Positions 62,970 to 64,000 of a stretch of DNA of 64,000 nt are shown here, in pieces. The position numbers and the translations under genes were made by a program. This stretch comes from the human T2T-CHM13v2.0 reference genome, Homo sapiens: the NCBI RefSeq assembly GCF_009914755.1, contig NC_060940.1, one strand, 5' to 3'. The notes below the pieces were generated by a model. It saw nothing but the letters and a program-made list of their open reading frames with translations, was not told the origin of the DNA and did no database searches. Within the stretch, counting starts at the first letter, position 1, and each line of letters starts with the position of its first letter.

Positions 62970-63757
62970 TAGACAGGGTCTCACTGTGTTGTCCAGGCTG
63001 ATCTGCAACTCCTGCTCTCAAGGGATCCCCCTACCTCGACCTCCTAAAGTGTTGGAATTACAGGTGTGAGTCACTGCGCCCAGCCTAATGTCTATATTCC
63101 TTAACTGCCTTCTAATAGAGATGTAATTAGAAGGTTAGAAGCTTCCTCAGATGGTTTTGCTGAAAACAAACTCTTATCTCTGTGTGAGAACGGCTCTGAT
63201 CCTAGTGTTAGTGTTTCCTTCATACCATGAGAAATGGATACATACAACTCAAATAGCAAAATTATGTTATCAGGGCCAGTATATGATCAAAAGACAAATG
63301 ATGGTTCTGATACCACATCATGAGTTATCATGCTTGGATTACAGTAACTAACATTATGGCTATTATGACTCATACTGTGATTGGGAATGGAGGTGGTTCA
63401 TGTTAAAGTCTACTCTTAGCTACGTATCCCTCAAGGAAAGGAAAAATAAGCTGTTTTAAGTCCATCTTCACAATATCCAAGATGACACATTGGATATAAA
63501 TTACTGGGTAGAGAAAACAAAAAAAAAAAATGAATTCGATGGGGGAATACTTCCTTGTCCCTTTGCAGAAGTGAAATACTTAATTTCTCCATGCTGGTTA
63601 CACTGCACCAGGACCAGGGCCAATTGGTACTTTCCTTTTTTTTTTTTTTTTTTTAATATGAGACAAGAGTCTCAGGCTGGAGTGCAGTGGCGTGATCTTG
63701 GCTCACTGCAGCCTCTGCTTCCTGTGTTCAAGAGATTCTCCTGCCTTAGCCTCCTGA

Positions 63758-63979
<222 letters not shown>

Positions 63980-64000
63980 TCAGACCTAGGAGCTATGGGC

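Overview
Human/primate genomic DNA that I recognise as the AP1G1-ATXN1L-ZNF821 locus (16q22). Left end: CpG-island promoter and non-coding first exon of AP1G1 (- strand, donor at 1960). About 3-38 kb: very Alu-dense intergenic DNA with L2, MIR, MER44 and a half MADE1, plus a decayed TRIM13 pseudogene (~26925-29070, +) split by a solo MLT2A-type ERVL LTR and Alus. About 38.8-50.5 kb: complete ATXN1L gene (+; two 5'UTR exons, single-exon 689-aa CDS with AXH domain, ~5.5-kb Alu-free 3'UTR). About 52.8-61.2 kb: the last five coding exons of ZNF821 (-; C2H2 fingers, four 23-aa STPR repeats, one GC-AG intron). Nearly all other ORFs in the track are Alu or CpG-island artefacts. Most interesting: a 72-codon spliced uORF across all three ATXN1L exons whose stop overlaps the main start (ATGA); the fragmented TRIM13 fossil; a sense LTR with TATA and splice donor upstream of ATXN1L exon 2; a SETMAR/Hsmar1 core site upstream of ATXN1L; and a possible split C4 zinc site next to the ZNF821 STPR repeats. 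Gene and repeat names come from recalled sequences, not database searches; repeat boundaries are approximate.
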